Source: Chrysomallon squamiferum (Eukaryota > Animalia > Mollusca). Taken from it: a DNA stretch of 64,000 nucleotides. The stretch spans positions 28,582,001-28,646,000 of the forward strand of contig CM022673.1 of NCBI GenBank assembly GCA_012295275.1, written 5' to 3'. Numbering within the stretch: position 1 is the first letter of the stretch; every line of letters begins with the position of its first letter. Below the pieces are notes generated by a model, which was not told the DNA's origin, did no database searches, and saw nothing but the letters and a program-made list of their open reading frames with translations. The translations under genes were made by a program, and so were the position numbers. This document shows, piece by piece, positions 40,103 through 54,852 of this stretch.

Positions 40103-41473
40103 ATATTGCTTTTTGTTTTTTCTACGGAGGATTGCAACAAACTCTCTCAAATGGCCAATAGCTACTCATACGCAATACACTTCCTTGATTGAATAAGTGT
40201 TTTACACTCACAAAAAGAAAAATAATAATAGTAATAAAAAAATAATAATAATTAACTAAAAATGAAATAAAAGCATCAACTTTTAAATTTCACTTCTAAC
40301 TTCAGAATACCTTTACGATATTTTGTGGTCGTGAAGGCTACTGTAATACTGAACAACTACTAATAATGCTTGCCCAGTTAATTCACTGTTATCTTATAAA
40401 TCATTCGAAGGAGAAAAACAAAAGTACAGAAGAAGAAGAAACTTCCGTTATTTAAATCTAATGTCTCGCTAGAATTTTGAAGTGGAAACTTACAGTGGTA
40501 ATGTAACTAAGGGTCAGTGGTGAAAAGTCTACAGTTTGTGTTTCTGCATCTATGTCGTTTTTTGTTGCTTTTTCATTCTTTTTATTCTTTGTTTGTATGT
40601 TTGTTTGTTTTGTTACTTAAATGAAAAAAATGTCATTATTTTATTAACCCAGATAACCATGGAAGCAACAAAACATTTCAAATTTACGTTCATATCGCCT
40701 TCGCTCATTGACTTTCTTCCCGTAACGGTCACTCCACCTTTAGCATGCGCACCACACTGCGAACTGGTAGAACTGGTGATTAATAAATTAACACGCAATT
40801 TTCAAATTATCGCTAACCAAACCAATCCAAACTGCATCGATTGCCAGTCAGCGGGATGTTTTACCAGTGTCCACACGCATTGCTTAAACCAGGTGCTACT
40901 TTACAATTTTTTCACAGAGGTACGTGCCAGTTCAGCTCTTAATTGGACTGACTAATTATTTTTTGATGTGACCGACACACAATGAATAACCAATAAATCT
41001 TTTACCTTGGCAGCAGATTTTTTTTTTTTTTTTTTATTGAGCTGACATTTCTAGGTTAATCATTTGCCATTAAAATTTTTGCTGGCGTCGTTTTGATTTC
41101 TTTTCTTTAGAACATAAATAAAACCATAAAAAAAAAAATATATATATAGAATAAAAAATAAAAATAATCTAAATAATGACGACTGCAAACTTTGACACAG
41201 TATATTAAGATATAGGTCAACGGGTTAAAAATAAATAACGAAGATGAAAAGAGTAGCAATATCAGTGTACTCAGATGTAGGTTACCAGGTTAGGAAGTTA
41301 GATGCGTGTAATTAAATATTATTAGAAGTCTTAAAATGATTCATAAAACTTGAGATGAAAAAGAGAAGTAATTACAGTTGCCTTACGTCAGATAGATAGA
41401 TCTCAACATTCGCTTGTTGTAATATAATATGTTTCTACCTATTACCTTGAATCAAAGCGATAATAAATAAATG

Positions 41474-41519
<46 letters not shown>

Positions 41520-43841
41520 AAAATAAAAACAAATAACAAATGCCCATAACAGCAACAACAAACAAACAAAAACAAAAAAAGAAAAGAAAAAGTTAAAAAT
41601 ACAAAACAAAAAATAACAAATACGATGGAAGAACATTAACTCTCCCATAGATAATTAAACTTCAGAGATCTTTTTTTTTCTTCTTTTTTTTGTTTCCCCG
41701 ATTTTCGCTAAAATACTGAAGATGATTTCAGGGTCATTTTGAAAACGAAGAAGACTGAACAATCAATGCAGCGATCATGTTTTCGACATTTAGTGAGAGA
41801 AGTAGGATTAAAGATTAAATATAATCTTATATTAAAGCATTAACTTTGAAAAAAAATGTATTCAAAATGAAAAATGCATTATTTTCATGAATGTTATATA
41901 TCAGCGATTATAATGTATACATCACAAAATTAGAACTGATTCCAATACGAAAAATGATACCTTTTAGGGAATATTGCCCTAGGTGTAATATTATTTATAA
42001 TTATATATATTTTCACCTGTATAAAGAAAGGTAAAGAAGATAATGGTTTGCATGAGAGTATTGATCTCTCTGCACTGACGATATTTATCAGTAAAAAAAC
42101 TACACCAGAGCAAGATGCTTTTAACTTAAGTTTACCTAATGTCCTTAAAACTAAAATCTACGTCCTCACTCACTTGACATTAACACTGCATAAACTCAGT
42201 CGTTATGCTGGTAACTGAATCATGAGAAAAATGTAGGCAAGCATGTGTTTTATCACTTGTGTTTTTTTCTGCAGGTGGATTCGGTTGTTTCAGCTGGTGG
42301 AAGGATTCAATGAGGAAGTGAAGGCAACAGGTGAACAACTGCAAACCGCTGAGTGTTGTTCTACTGCAGCGAATTCGAGTAAAAGTCAAACACTGATACG
42401 TTTAAAGAACTGTACTGTCAATGTGGTAAATCTGTATGATACTTATCATCATTTATTAAATTGTATTTATTAATTAATTTATTTTAATCTTCGATATGTT
42501 GTAAAAACAATTATCTGCAGCGTCTTTGATATATAATAAAATAATTATGATGTCATAGGATTTGACGTAATATTGTAAAAATTGTATAATCTGTCTTTAG
42601 TAATGATCTGTGTTAAGTGACTGTCTGATTAATTCATTCGTTCTGTCTCTGACTGATGTTTTCGTTCACAGATTTAGTTAATTATTCCCTGATTCATTCG
42701 TTGGATCACTAATTCATTAATACATCAATCGATTGATTCAGCGATTCGATCACTGATCAGTTAGTTCACAGAAGCAGTGATTTATTTATTCACTGATTCG
42801 GCACTGATTCATCGATCCAACCCTTCATTATCCATTCACTTTAAAACATTTTATTTTTATTTATTTTTTTTACTAAAAGCAATAATGTTTTCAATTACCG
42901 TTTGTTTTTCAATGATTTTTTTTTTTATTTTATTTTTCAATTTTTTTTTTTTTTTAAATTATTTTTATTTACTTTTTCTTGAATATTTCTTGTTAGCTTT
43001 TAAAAAGACAATTTGCCGAGGAAGTCTCTCTCTCTCTCTACTCGGGCCTTGGTCTTGCAGTGAATGACTTTCATTAATAATTCATCGACGTATTAACCGC
43101 AATGCATGCTGATTTCAGTGCTCCGTGACGACCAGACTTAGCTGGACAGGTTAATGAAAAATGCATTTACTCCCTCAGACTGGGGACAGAATTAAACCCG
43201 GTGATTCGACGTCCAGCCTCCAAGTCCATTCATTACAACCGCATCGATTGGCGGGTTACTGCTGCCGCTGTTGTTATTGTTGTTTATGATAATGTCGCTG
43301 ACGTTGCTGATGACGTTCTGCTTGATAATAGTTACGGCGATGATGTTCCGTTGCTGTTGAAGTAATGATGTTTTTGGTTCTTTGTTATGAAGATGGTTGT
43401 GTATACGATTTATGATGTTGATGATGATGATGAAGATGATGATGAGATTGTTATTGTTATATAATAATAATAATAATGATGATGATATATTTGTTTATGG
43501 CTATGTTATGATGACATTGATGTTTTTGTTGATGATAATTATAATGATAATATTGGTTTTGATAATACTGCTGATAATACATTTATTTAAATGATGTTTA
43601 CTATCATGATCATCAAACGTTCCTTACGTTGTTTTTTTTTCTTCTTCTTCTTCTAGATACTCATAACGATGTTAATGGTTTTGATTCTGCTGCAGGTTTT
43701 GTTGCATCTGTTATTTTAGTTGTTGCTGTGATTATGTTGATGATCATGATGATGATGATGATGATGACGACGGTAATAATAGTAATTTAGTTTATTTCAG
43801 TGTAGTTTCACATTTACACATAAAAGCTATTGCAGACGTAT

Positions 43842-43884
<43 letters not shown>

Positions 43885-45330
43885 ATGTGTGTATCTGCTT
43901 TCGTGTATGTTTTAATGCTGCATAAATACAGAAGTTACATAAATAGATGGCTGAACTAAAAATTACCGACATTTATCTATTATATTCTATTTAAGTCCTG
44001 ACAAGGAATGAAATCGCTGTATCAAATGTGTCTGAGTATCATGGAAACACGCTTTCTCGACACGTCACTGCCAGCTGTGGTGTTTGTAAATCACGGAACT
44101 ATTGTAATCATTTCCTTGTATGTATTTATCTCCGAAATATTACACATTAAGCCTCGTTCACACAGTCCGACTTGCAGTATCCCACCTGACCGTCAAATCG
44201 TAATTATTAAAATTATGCGCTCGTTCGGAGTTCATTTGATTCCACGAAATTAAAACGAGGACAGAAACTGAAAGAAAACAAATGGTTGTAATAATAACAA
44301 CAATTAGATATTTTTGTGTGTGTGAAAGATAATAACAGCTATTAAAATCGCTCCCTGTGAAAGAACATTGCTTCACAAAGGAAAATTGATTGCATAGACA
44401 ATCAATACCATCTGCAGTTGTCTGGTGAGAAATTATTACGCTGGAAATAGTAGATGTCCCCTTGTTTCTATTTTCGCTATTCCACCCACCTCTGACGATT
44501 TTCCTACATTAAATATTCATTTGTTTATTTAAAGGTCTGAATATTTGGGGGGGAATTTTTTTTTTTTTTTTTTTTTTTTCTCTAAGCAACTTTGGCAAAG
44601 ATTTCCATGCTGAAGAGATTTAAATCGTGGAACTGTTGATAAGGTTCATATAGAAATGGAATTGATTCGACAGTACAAAGTAAATTTGTTGTAAAATATT
44701 ATGAACTCAGCATGTTGGTTCTAGCCATTCTCAAGTGCTTTAATCAAGATCGAAGAGATGAGAAAAATGTAGCCGAGAGCCCCTCTGCTGTTGAAACAAA
44801 GCTTTGTAAAGTTTGAAATATCAAGACAAATACAAAAAAAAAAAAAAAAAAAAAAAAATTTGTGAAATATAGTACTGCATACGCTAGGATTACAAACCTG
44901 TACGTGTAGTGTGATGTCCATTAAATAGTATTATCCTTTAATCACTGTATGCAGTGGCAAGACTTGGTAACTAGATACACTTCTATATTTCTGGGACGGA
45001 ACTGTATTTACGTCGATAAATTAATTATGAGTTACGTTCACGTTTAAATTTACTTCTGTAATGTTTAACAGCTGGTTTAGAACTTAAAAGACAGTTTCGA
45101 AAATAGCATCACTAACAAAAATATATATATATTTTTATTATTTAAGAACATTTTTTTTTTTTCAGATATGTATAACGAAATCAACACGCGAGAAATTACC
45201 TAAATATAGGTATGTGTGCTTATGATTTGAAGCATGTATGTATATATGTGTATGTTTATGTGTTTATGTATGCATTTATGTGTTTGCAGGTGCATGTTTT
45301 ATCTGACTGGATGGACTGATGTACGGATGA

Positions 45331-45331
<1 letters not shown>

Positions 45332-45414
<83 letters not shown>

Positions 45415-45421
45415 GATAGAT
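45332..45421. repeat. (AGAT)n microsatellite
   Basis: Direct reading. Confidence 0.95.
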
Positions 45422-46679
45422 AAATGATCCATGAGTTGATAAGACTAAAGGATGGATTCCATTAAAAACATAAATCAGTGGCATGTTATAAAACACAGAG
45501 AGGACGAGTATTAACGAGTTGTCCGGTGTCGTGCTAGTTAGCTGACCAGGTCAGGATATGAAGTATCTTTATTTAACGACTTCTACGTGCGCCTCTCACG
45601 ATTTAATTGCCCCACTTCTTTCACGTACTGGCTGACTTCAAGCTTCCTGATACTAGACTCACTGAGCCTGATGCAGTTAGATACTATACCTCATTTCTTT
45701 ACCAGTCTGCACATTCAGTTTGTATCGATGTATTCAGATTTTGATAGAAACACGTAGCGTGGCTTTACAGTTTAAGTAAAAAGAAAATAATAATAATATT
45801 ACTTGTATAGAGTAAGAGAAATTAAATAATGTAATGAAACAGATGAAAAGAGAACGTGTTAAAGTAAGGGAGAGTGAGACAGAGAGGGAATGACGATGAG
45901 GTAGACGGTGTATGTTTGTGGGTGAGAGACTGGCAAAAAGTAACAAAGATTGTATTTTATTTATACTGGAGATAACAGTTCTAATAAATATCTATGATAC
46001 GTCTTAGATTTATCCTTAGATCAGTTCTTCGGAAAATGATTTGCTGTAATTTATTAAGTAATAACAGAAACAAAATTCTAACCTCAAATGACTCGAGAGA
46101 TGTCCTTTATAACAAAGTTATTTACATTGCTGATGTTATTACAGTTTATTATTTTTTCGACTAACCGTTCTTAATGTGTTATTTCACATGGACAGTTTTG
46201 TTTTCATGCTACAACTACCACTGCATCCAGCGTTCGTGATTTACGGCACAGGAAATCAAACGTGTGTGTTTTAATTAAATCGCGATTGAATGGGAGTAAC
46301 ACGCGTGGAACCCCAACATGGTCGGTTCAGTATATTCGAGCAATTGTTCTACGGCTTGTGACCTAGATTTCCGGTCGCTGATTTCGTCGTTTGAAAAACC
46401 TAGTTCTTCGCTGTTGTTTGGCACACATAAATCACATTGTTCCACGGCTCACTTCTGAAATGGGGTGATCAAAGTATAGAACAGCAGGGAAAAGAAACAG
46501 GGTGTGTTTTCCTTTCTCAGGCAAATCGATCGGACCGACTTGGGACCAGTTAGCTTCCAACACCGATCGCAATACAGGACAATCACCAGCTACGCAAAGG
46601 GTCAAAAAAAAAAATTATAAAAAAAATAATGACATCAGAAAGACAGCCAATTTATCAGACGACTGATAACATCTTAAAC

Positions 46680-47021
46680 CATCGCGTCGGTTACTCGCTT
46701 TGTGCAACTTATTATTGGCTATAATTAGCCTCCGCGCGCAAAGTCTTGATTAGAACTCTTTCCTGTTTGGACAAGCAAAGTGATGCGTCAGCGCTGGCGA
46801 GGCTGATGATGAACGCAGAACTGTCGTGCTCGCTGGAATCTCAAGAAAAAAGAAAATGTTTTGCGTAGCGACGGTTAGCAGACAGTTTGTTAATCGGTGC
46901 ATAATCCGTGTCAGACACATCCCCTTCACTGCTACGAGGATCAAGTTAGAGTTGTTTTTTTTTGCGTGGGTTTGTCTTGTTTAACTGACGAGAGTTGTTG
47001 TTGACACGAGAAGACAGGTGG
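46680..47021 (+). promoter_or_regulatory. Candidate promoter and non-coding first exon of an unidentified plus-strand gene
   Basis: CpG-rich island with a reverse CCAAT (attgg 46714-46718), tataat and CRE-like tgcgtca (46784-46790), ending at overlapping donors CAG|gtgggt (47018) and G|gtgagt (47022). Confidence 0.4.
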
Positions 47022-48818
47022 GTGAGTGGAGAGACACGAAATGAAATCGTAGAAACGCTTAATAAAATACGCGATTTAACTCAGCTTGACACAACGTGAC
47101 AGCACATGACTGGCGTTACAAAACATGAAAGAAAGTGACAGAATCGTGAATGAACGTGATACAATTGATGACTTGACGTGACTCGACGTGACGCGACGTG
47201 ATCTAACATCTACAAAACGTGATATACAACGTGATAAAAATGATTAAAAACGTCTTAAAACGTGACAAAACATGAATTAATGCGATAAAATAAAACATCA
47301 GATTATATTTTATATTATGTACTGTAAACCATGATACGATATTATGTAAAGTCACATATTTTAATTTATTATATTATTTACTTGTACCCAGAAACGCTTT
47401 ATCAAACCATTAGATAACAACAATCACAGCAGAATTCAAACAAGAGCAAAAGGGCAAAACATTATGTAACGTGACGGAACCTTCACCAAATGAATTTGTA
47501 TATTTATTTACATATGATATTTTATGTTATATAAAATATTTGCCAATAAATGCAAAACATTAAAAAAAACCCACTAAATTATGCAATTATTATGACGAGA
47601 TCCGACGTTATATGATGTTAATATGTTTTTATTCAGTATAGCAAACATGTCTTAATTTACTTTATTTGTTTATTTTATTCTGTTTTATGATGTGATATTT
47701 CGCTAATACTTCTGTATTTCTTTGCAATGATGATGATGATCATGATGATAATAAATAAATAAATAAATAAATCAATAAAAATAGCAAGACTAATAGTAGT
47801 AACAACAATAGCAACAACATAATAATATTGATGATGATGATAATAGCAACAACTACAATGTCCACCACTATCTCAACTATTTCTATTAAGAATACTGCTG
47901 CTGCTGCTAGTACTATGATGATGATGGTCCAATGATGAAAAAAGCAAATGCTTATATATATATAATACGCACGCACGCAGACATCATCTCTATATTCATC
48001 ACCCTGTTCCATAGATGACGATAATTATGCATCGTCAAAAGTTTGATTTTACTGTTTACATTAATATTATTAACAAACACGTCAGTTAACTCGGTGACGT
48101 AATAGCTCCAACAAGTGTAATTTCATTGTGTTTTTCTAGGTATTTATTTATTTTATTTTATTTTAATTATTTTATTTTATTTATTTATTTCTTCTCTCTC
48201 TCTCTCTCTCTCTTTGATTTCAGAATCTGTGTCATATCAGTCCTTTTTATTTTTTTTTTAGTTATTCTGTTAATGACGTCAGCCGTTCTTCTCTGAAATG
48301 AAGATACGCTTGTCAAACGACCTAATCCTGTCCTTTGGTTTCCATTCACGAACTAATCCGTTATATTACTCTCACTGAAAACCTTCATAACACAGCTAAT
48401 GAATGGAATCTCTTTTTGATTCCCATTTCCGAGTGCTACGCCAAGCTCTCAGGAACTGGCGATTCTTGGGCGCCTACTTTTCGTCGAAAATTGCAAAACT
48501 GCGACCCAGTTCCTTTGGAATTAGATAGCAGATCCGCACGATGTTTACACGAGAAGCTAAGACAGCTGATCACAAGCGCAATTAACCGTCAATCTAGCAG
48601 AGGTGATAATTTCCTGTGGGTTTTCTTAGATATAGCAGCAGCGTCCGACAGCGCCGTAGAATTGGTTTAATTCGGAGAACGCTGTGAAAGCAAAAAGTTA
48701 TTAACGTATTTTTAGCAAAGTTGTAAAATCCTGAAAGTTTCTGCATCATTCGTTCCCACTTCATTTTTCTATATTTAATCCATGATTCAGTGTTTTGTGT
48801 TAAAAAACAAACCATCAA

Positions 48819-48820
<2 letters not shown>

Positions 48821-48911
<91 letters not shown>

Positions 48912-48950
48912 CCTCCCTCCCTCTCTCTATGTCTGTCTGTCTGTCTGTCT
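48821..48950. repeat. (CT)n with (CCCT)/(CTGT) tail
   Basis: Direct reading. Confidence 0.95.
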
Positions 48951-49146
48951 ATTTGTTTACAGAGAGGCAGAGACAGAGAGAGATTCTATGTTTTATGGTG
49001 TCATATAAAGAGAGGTGAAATCTGTTGCAAAAATACTACGGGCAATAGCTTTTCATTAGTAGATCGTGATCAAAACACATTTGCTACACTTTCAACTGTT
49101 TAACCCAGTTTAATAATAAATACTGTAAATACATTCCACACATAAA

Positions 49147-49362
49147 TACTACTACTACTACTACCACTACTACTACTAGTACAACTACTACTACTACTAC
49201 CACTTCTACTACAACAACAACAACTACTACTACTACTACCACTTCTACTACAACAACTACTACTACTACTACTACTACCACTACTACTACTACTACTACT
49301 GCTACTACCACTTCTACTACAACAACAACTTCTATCTACTACTACTACTACTACTACTACTA
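49147..49362. repeat. (ACT/ACA)n compound microsatellite with a higher-order unit (accacttctactacaacaac x3)
   Basis: Direct reading. Confidence 0.92.
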
Positions 49363-50184
49363 ATAATAAATAAATAAATAAATAAATAAAATAAATAAAA
49401 TAAATAAAGATGCTAAATACCTGCACGAAGCCATATTATAATACTAAACGTATGAAAACCTATAAAAATATCTTGCGTTCCTCTGTATGCTTGTGCAGTC
49501 TATCAACTGATAACGAACATAAGTGTCCGTGTGTGTTTGCATAACTTCATAATGTTTGCGCAATTCATCAAACCGCGTAAAAAAAAAAAAAAAAAAAATA
49601 AGATTCTGTTTTTGCAATTTATCAGATGATAACGAATATCTCTGTGTGTGCTTGCACAATCTATCACAACTGAAGAGAGAAATTCCTTGCTGGAGATAGA
49701 GGAATACAGAGGGAACGAGCCACTTTGAAATCCAATGCATCTTTAAAATACTTTGGAATCAGACTACGATAAAAATCACATAGAATGAAAGAAATATTGC
49801 AATAACGTAATCTCTGATCTCGTGTAAGTTATGTATGATAAATTAAAGATGTCAGGTTTATATTTTATCTACTGTAATGGATTCTTTCCATTAAAAAAAA
49901 AAAATAGGATTACAAAATTCCACTCAGGTGCAGTTGTATTTAAATGGAAGTTTTGGAAGGCCATCTCTGTAATTCATTTTATATATAATACTGTTCTTTC
50001 TTTTATATACAAAACTGTTTCAGGTAGTTGTTATTTTTTTATTCATTCATTCATTCATTCACTTTTCTTTTTTCTTTTATTTTTTTTTTTCCTTTGGATT
50101 AATTTGATTATTACTGAATTAATTAATTAAACTTTTTCTTTAACTTTAATTCCTGAGTATAATATTAGCTTTCCATTATTTAAA

Positions 50185-50206
50185 ATAATAATAATAATAA
50201 TAATAA

Positions 50207-50237
<31 letters not shown>

Positions 50238-50262
50238 AAGAAGAAGAAGAAGAAGAAGAAGA
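50185..50262. repeat. (AAT)n-(AAG)n compound microsatellite
   Basis: Direct reading. Confidence 0.95.
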
Positions 50263-50514
50263 ATCCATTTATATTTGTTTATAAAAAGCAGTTCTCTTTA
50301 GATAGAAACGTATAGAGGTTAAAGTCATGGAGTTTAGTTGGAACAAGAATTTGTTTTTTAAATAGAGCAAAGCTAATAGGTAAGACAATACGTTGCTTTT
50401 CAACTCTAGCCAACTTACCTACAGCTGTGTCCTATACTTTAGTGGAACATCCATGGAAAAAAAATCGAACACTCTGAATTTTTATAAAATAAAAAGACAG
50501 AAATGGCAAACTAA

Positions 50515-50549
<35 letters not shown>

Positions 50550-51290
50550 GAAAAAGCATTTATAAACGTCCTGAAAATTGAAAAATATCCAAGAATTAGA
50601 AAGAAAAAAAAAATAATAATATTACGGTGTTAACATTATTATTACACCGTTTACGTAAACACCAGAAATTAAACCTTTACTTGAACTGTATTTCCTGACT
50701 GCGTTGCCAAAGTATTTACTGACTACGTCATGGTGACGTATTGACGTTATTCCGGTTTTGTCGGGCTTATTACGTGACTTGCGCCTTCGACAGCGTATAA
50801 TTAGCTTCTCCGTGTCTGTTACGAAATGAACAGTTCGTTGGTGTTACGTAACAGTCACGTTATCAACTGCCCATCGCGGAATGGAATCGACTCTTGAATC
50901 CGTAACTAACGTTAGACCAGCGGTGTAACAGCTGAGCAATCTAGAACTCGGTCAGGTTTTTTTTTTTTTTTTGAATCGGAGATTCTACGTCTATTTATAA
51001 AATAGGATAATTTTCGTTTTCGGCCGACTCAGCTTTGAAACAACATTTTATTATTATAAAAAAAATAATTGTTGATATTTCTATACGTAGACGTGTTTAG
51101 ACAACGAGATGTATGTATAAATTGGTATATGTATATAGATGTGTGTATATATATATATATATAAATATATATAATTGTACGTATACAAACACACTCACTC
51201 CCTACATATACATTTATACATATATACATGCACAGATAGATGCATACATACATATTGATTTATTTATTATTATAATTTTTATTTTTATTT

Positions 51291-51321
<31 letters not shown>

Positions 51322-52983
51322 CAATTTGTGTAAAATTATGTTGCGTGGTTCCTAGTAAAGATGGTAAATATGTAAATTACAAGCATTTTACTCCCACGGT
51401 AATATACCAACAGAATAAACAAATAAATTAGATGTGCTTAGAAAACAGACAAAAACAGAAGATCTGTTTTGACCGCAGTATGAAAACAACTGAAGAAACA
51501 AGTTACATCTTAAAGCGTTTAGTGTTTTACGTGTGTGTTTGTGCATGTATGCACATCTCTATGTGCGTGCGCGCGTGTGTATGTATCTTTCTGTGCGTGT
51601 TTCTGTTTGTAGCACTAAAAACAACTATGTTTGTCACTGACGTGAGGGTTTAGAAGATTATCATTTCAAAACGTTTGAGGTAATTGCTTGAAAGCTTCAG
51701 AAAAGAATGAAACGTTATCTATGTGTTATTAGAGAATGTTAGGCACAGGATATGCCAAATGATAAATATTAGTGTTTTCAAACGAAGAAGAAATGCGAAA
51801 CCAATGTCTTTGTTCCAGTCATCTCTGGTATTTAGAATCTGAATGAAAAGAAACATTTTGTTATATTGTCTTATACGAGATATCTTTCTTCTGAATGGGT
51901 CTATTTACTAAAATAGCTCTAAATGATCTAGACTGTAAACTTCTAGAAACTATTTTTGTTTCGTCCATGTTTAATCAGCGTATGTTAAAACACGGTGATA
52001 GTTGCGTATGGTCTGGTAAACGTGAAAATGGATATTCACTGATACTGACTTTAAAATGCTGGTTTGTGTTAATTTACTTCGCTGATATTCCGTTTTTGTC
52101 ACGTAAATCGTTATTTTAGGTATAAAAATTATGCTTTAATTCATCCTTCTGAAGTTCAAATTACAGCTATGATTGCAGAGAAAAAAAAAAAAAAAAATTG
52201 TTTCAGATAATTTTGGAAGTGTGTTAAAAATAAACGGATGAGTACCAATCTGTAAAACTTTCAGTTAATTTACTGGAAGCAAAACGAGGTTTAATTATTT
52301 TCTAAGATCATTACAGAAGTAATGCACAATGCTATGAACATCTAGATGTTATTATATGACTAATAAAATATTTCTAAAATAAATACGCATATCATGGGTC
52401 TTTATTTTTCGCGTGTTACGAGGACGATATTCAATATTTCACTCAACCAGCTCAGCGTAATGAACCCAGCATCTTCCAGTCTGATATCTGACATAGAAAT
52501 TAACTGTTACTCTTTATTTCACTTTGCCTCAGACCGGTAGTTACGGGTTCCCAGATAGTACTTTACGTTAAATCCTATATCATCGATTTCCGAAAGTCGC
52601 CGATGACGAATATAGACGGAAAGAGTGACGCAATTAGCCATCGATTTAGTGAGCAGCAGCGTAATATTTAGTTAGTTATGCCGGCTGGATAAAATGTATC
52701 ACTGCAAGTATGAGATAAACAGTGGCTCGTACGTTGACTACATTAGACTTTCATGATTTTAGTTTCGTTTCAGCTTCATTGATGAGCTGGCGAAAACGCA
52801 CGAAATGACAGACACGTAAGACGTAATGATTTCCAATGTCGCTCTGACTTTTCGTGTTTACGTTCGATCGCGTCGACTCTTTCAGCCAGTCGAAAAATAA
52901 ATACGACCAATATCCCGACACTGTGGGATTTCCGTTCAGCGCCTGCATTTCGAAACAAACTAGAGTTATGTTGCCATTTTATT

Positions 52984-53102
<119 letters not shown>

Positions 53103-53599
53103 ATTATAACAAATACCATTCATTACCTTTTCAATACGAGTTTTTATGCAAGTTCATTAAATTAATTCTCGACGTGTAATCTGCGTTCCTAATCCAACAC
53201 AGTTCTGGTAATGTAAGCAAACACCAATGTTTCGGACCAGCTAAATACAGAGATGGAAACATTGCACCAGCTTATGCAGAAAGATAAATTACGAAATAGC
53301 TTCCTTATCTAATAAGCTGATATAAAGACGACTTTAACAGAAGAGATTAAGGCGCTGGATAGCTGCCATCCATCTTAGCAAACTGCAAGCTGAGAAATTT
53401 ATCTCCGGCAGAAGAAGCTTTAATCGGACACTAATTTAGCTAAACTGATTCTAATCGTTATAAAATTAAGATTACTACATCGTATATCATGTTCGTGGTC
53501 CTTGCTAACCTCCACACGTTTCAAATAAATACTGTCGTGTAGGTTATTTATGTGTGCAAAAAAAAAAATGTCTACAGGCTTACATTCGAGTCTACACAT

Positions 53600-53600
<1 letters not shown>

Positions 53601-53660
<60 letters not shown>

Positions 53661-54125
53661 TTCATGCAAACACTGAAGAAAAACAGACAGAGATTCACAA
53701 ATAGCCATATGCACAGATATGTACAAAGAAAACCAAAGATAAAAGAAAAAAGAAAAGACTACTGGGAAAAAAAAATATATATATATATAATATTAAGCAA
53801 TTTACTTATCAGAGAATCCTATGCGCACATACTTACCTATTGGTACTTACATACATACATAAAAAATAGGCCTACAGACATACATTATTCACACATACAT
53901 ACATACATACATACATACATACATACATACATACATACATACATACATACATAGATACTATATACATACATACATACATACATACATATACACACACACA
54001 AACAAACATTCATGCACACACACGAACACCCATACTACCATACACGTACAAAGAAAACCAAAGGTTGAAACAAGAATAAAAAGAAAAGTAAAAGAAAAGA
54101 AAAAGAAAAAACTACGGTGAAAAAA
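53601..54125. repeat. (AC)n/(ATAC)n tracts within an old ~350-bp-period duplication
   Basis: caaacattcatgca...gtacaaagaaaaccaaag occurs at ~53655-53738 and ~54003-54063. Confidence 0.75.
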
Positions 54126-54817
54126 CAACAACGATTCTGTAAATAAAAAACGAAGAAAACTGAAAAAGAAAAAAACAACATCTAAATAAACAAGTGGCAG
54201 CCAAATAAATGGCATCACAAAAGGTAAATCGTCTGTTATATGATGTTAATTAAAAGAGCCGAGGAGAGGAAAAACTTGTTTAAACCTGAAGGGAATCTGC
54301 TCGCCTTCTGCTGATTTCATCAACGACCTTCACCTGTTTGCGCATGCTCGGGGCGTGGCGGATAAAAAAACTCTGTCAGCAAACTCATTTTTCTACCTCC
54401 GCTCAATCCCAGTCCAATTAATTCTATTTGCCACGTGCTGACTTCGTTCCTCTTGAGTTTAAAATAGCACTTTTTCGTTAACTAATTTCACCCAGTGATT
54501 TTAGACATACAAACATACATATATATATATATGATTATCTACCTATCTATCTATCTATCTTAAGTATAAATAAATATATATATATATATTTATTTATTTA
54601 TTTATTTATTTATTTATGGAACTGTCTGGCTATCTGTCTATAAATATCATGAATCGTCGTAATAAATAAATGAAAAAAAGAAATCACAGAATATGATTTT
54701 GCTTCCAGTGGTTAAATTATACTTTGTTGTTTTCTACTAGCATCAGTCTGTTTCATTGTTCTTTTCAAAAAAAAAAAAAAAAAAAAAGACATGTTACCAT
54801 TGTATAACACATTACAC

Positions 54818-54852
<35 letters not shown>

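Noticed and set aside
40644-41228. piggyBac-like MITE bounded by ttaaccc...gggttaa
   Set aside because: The inverted match hardly extends beyond 7 bp, which is expected by chance.
48335-48670. 111-aa plus-strand ORF in a unique-sequence island
   Set aside because: Non-ATG start, no clear splice boundaries or domain; more likely non-coding.
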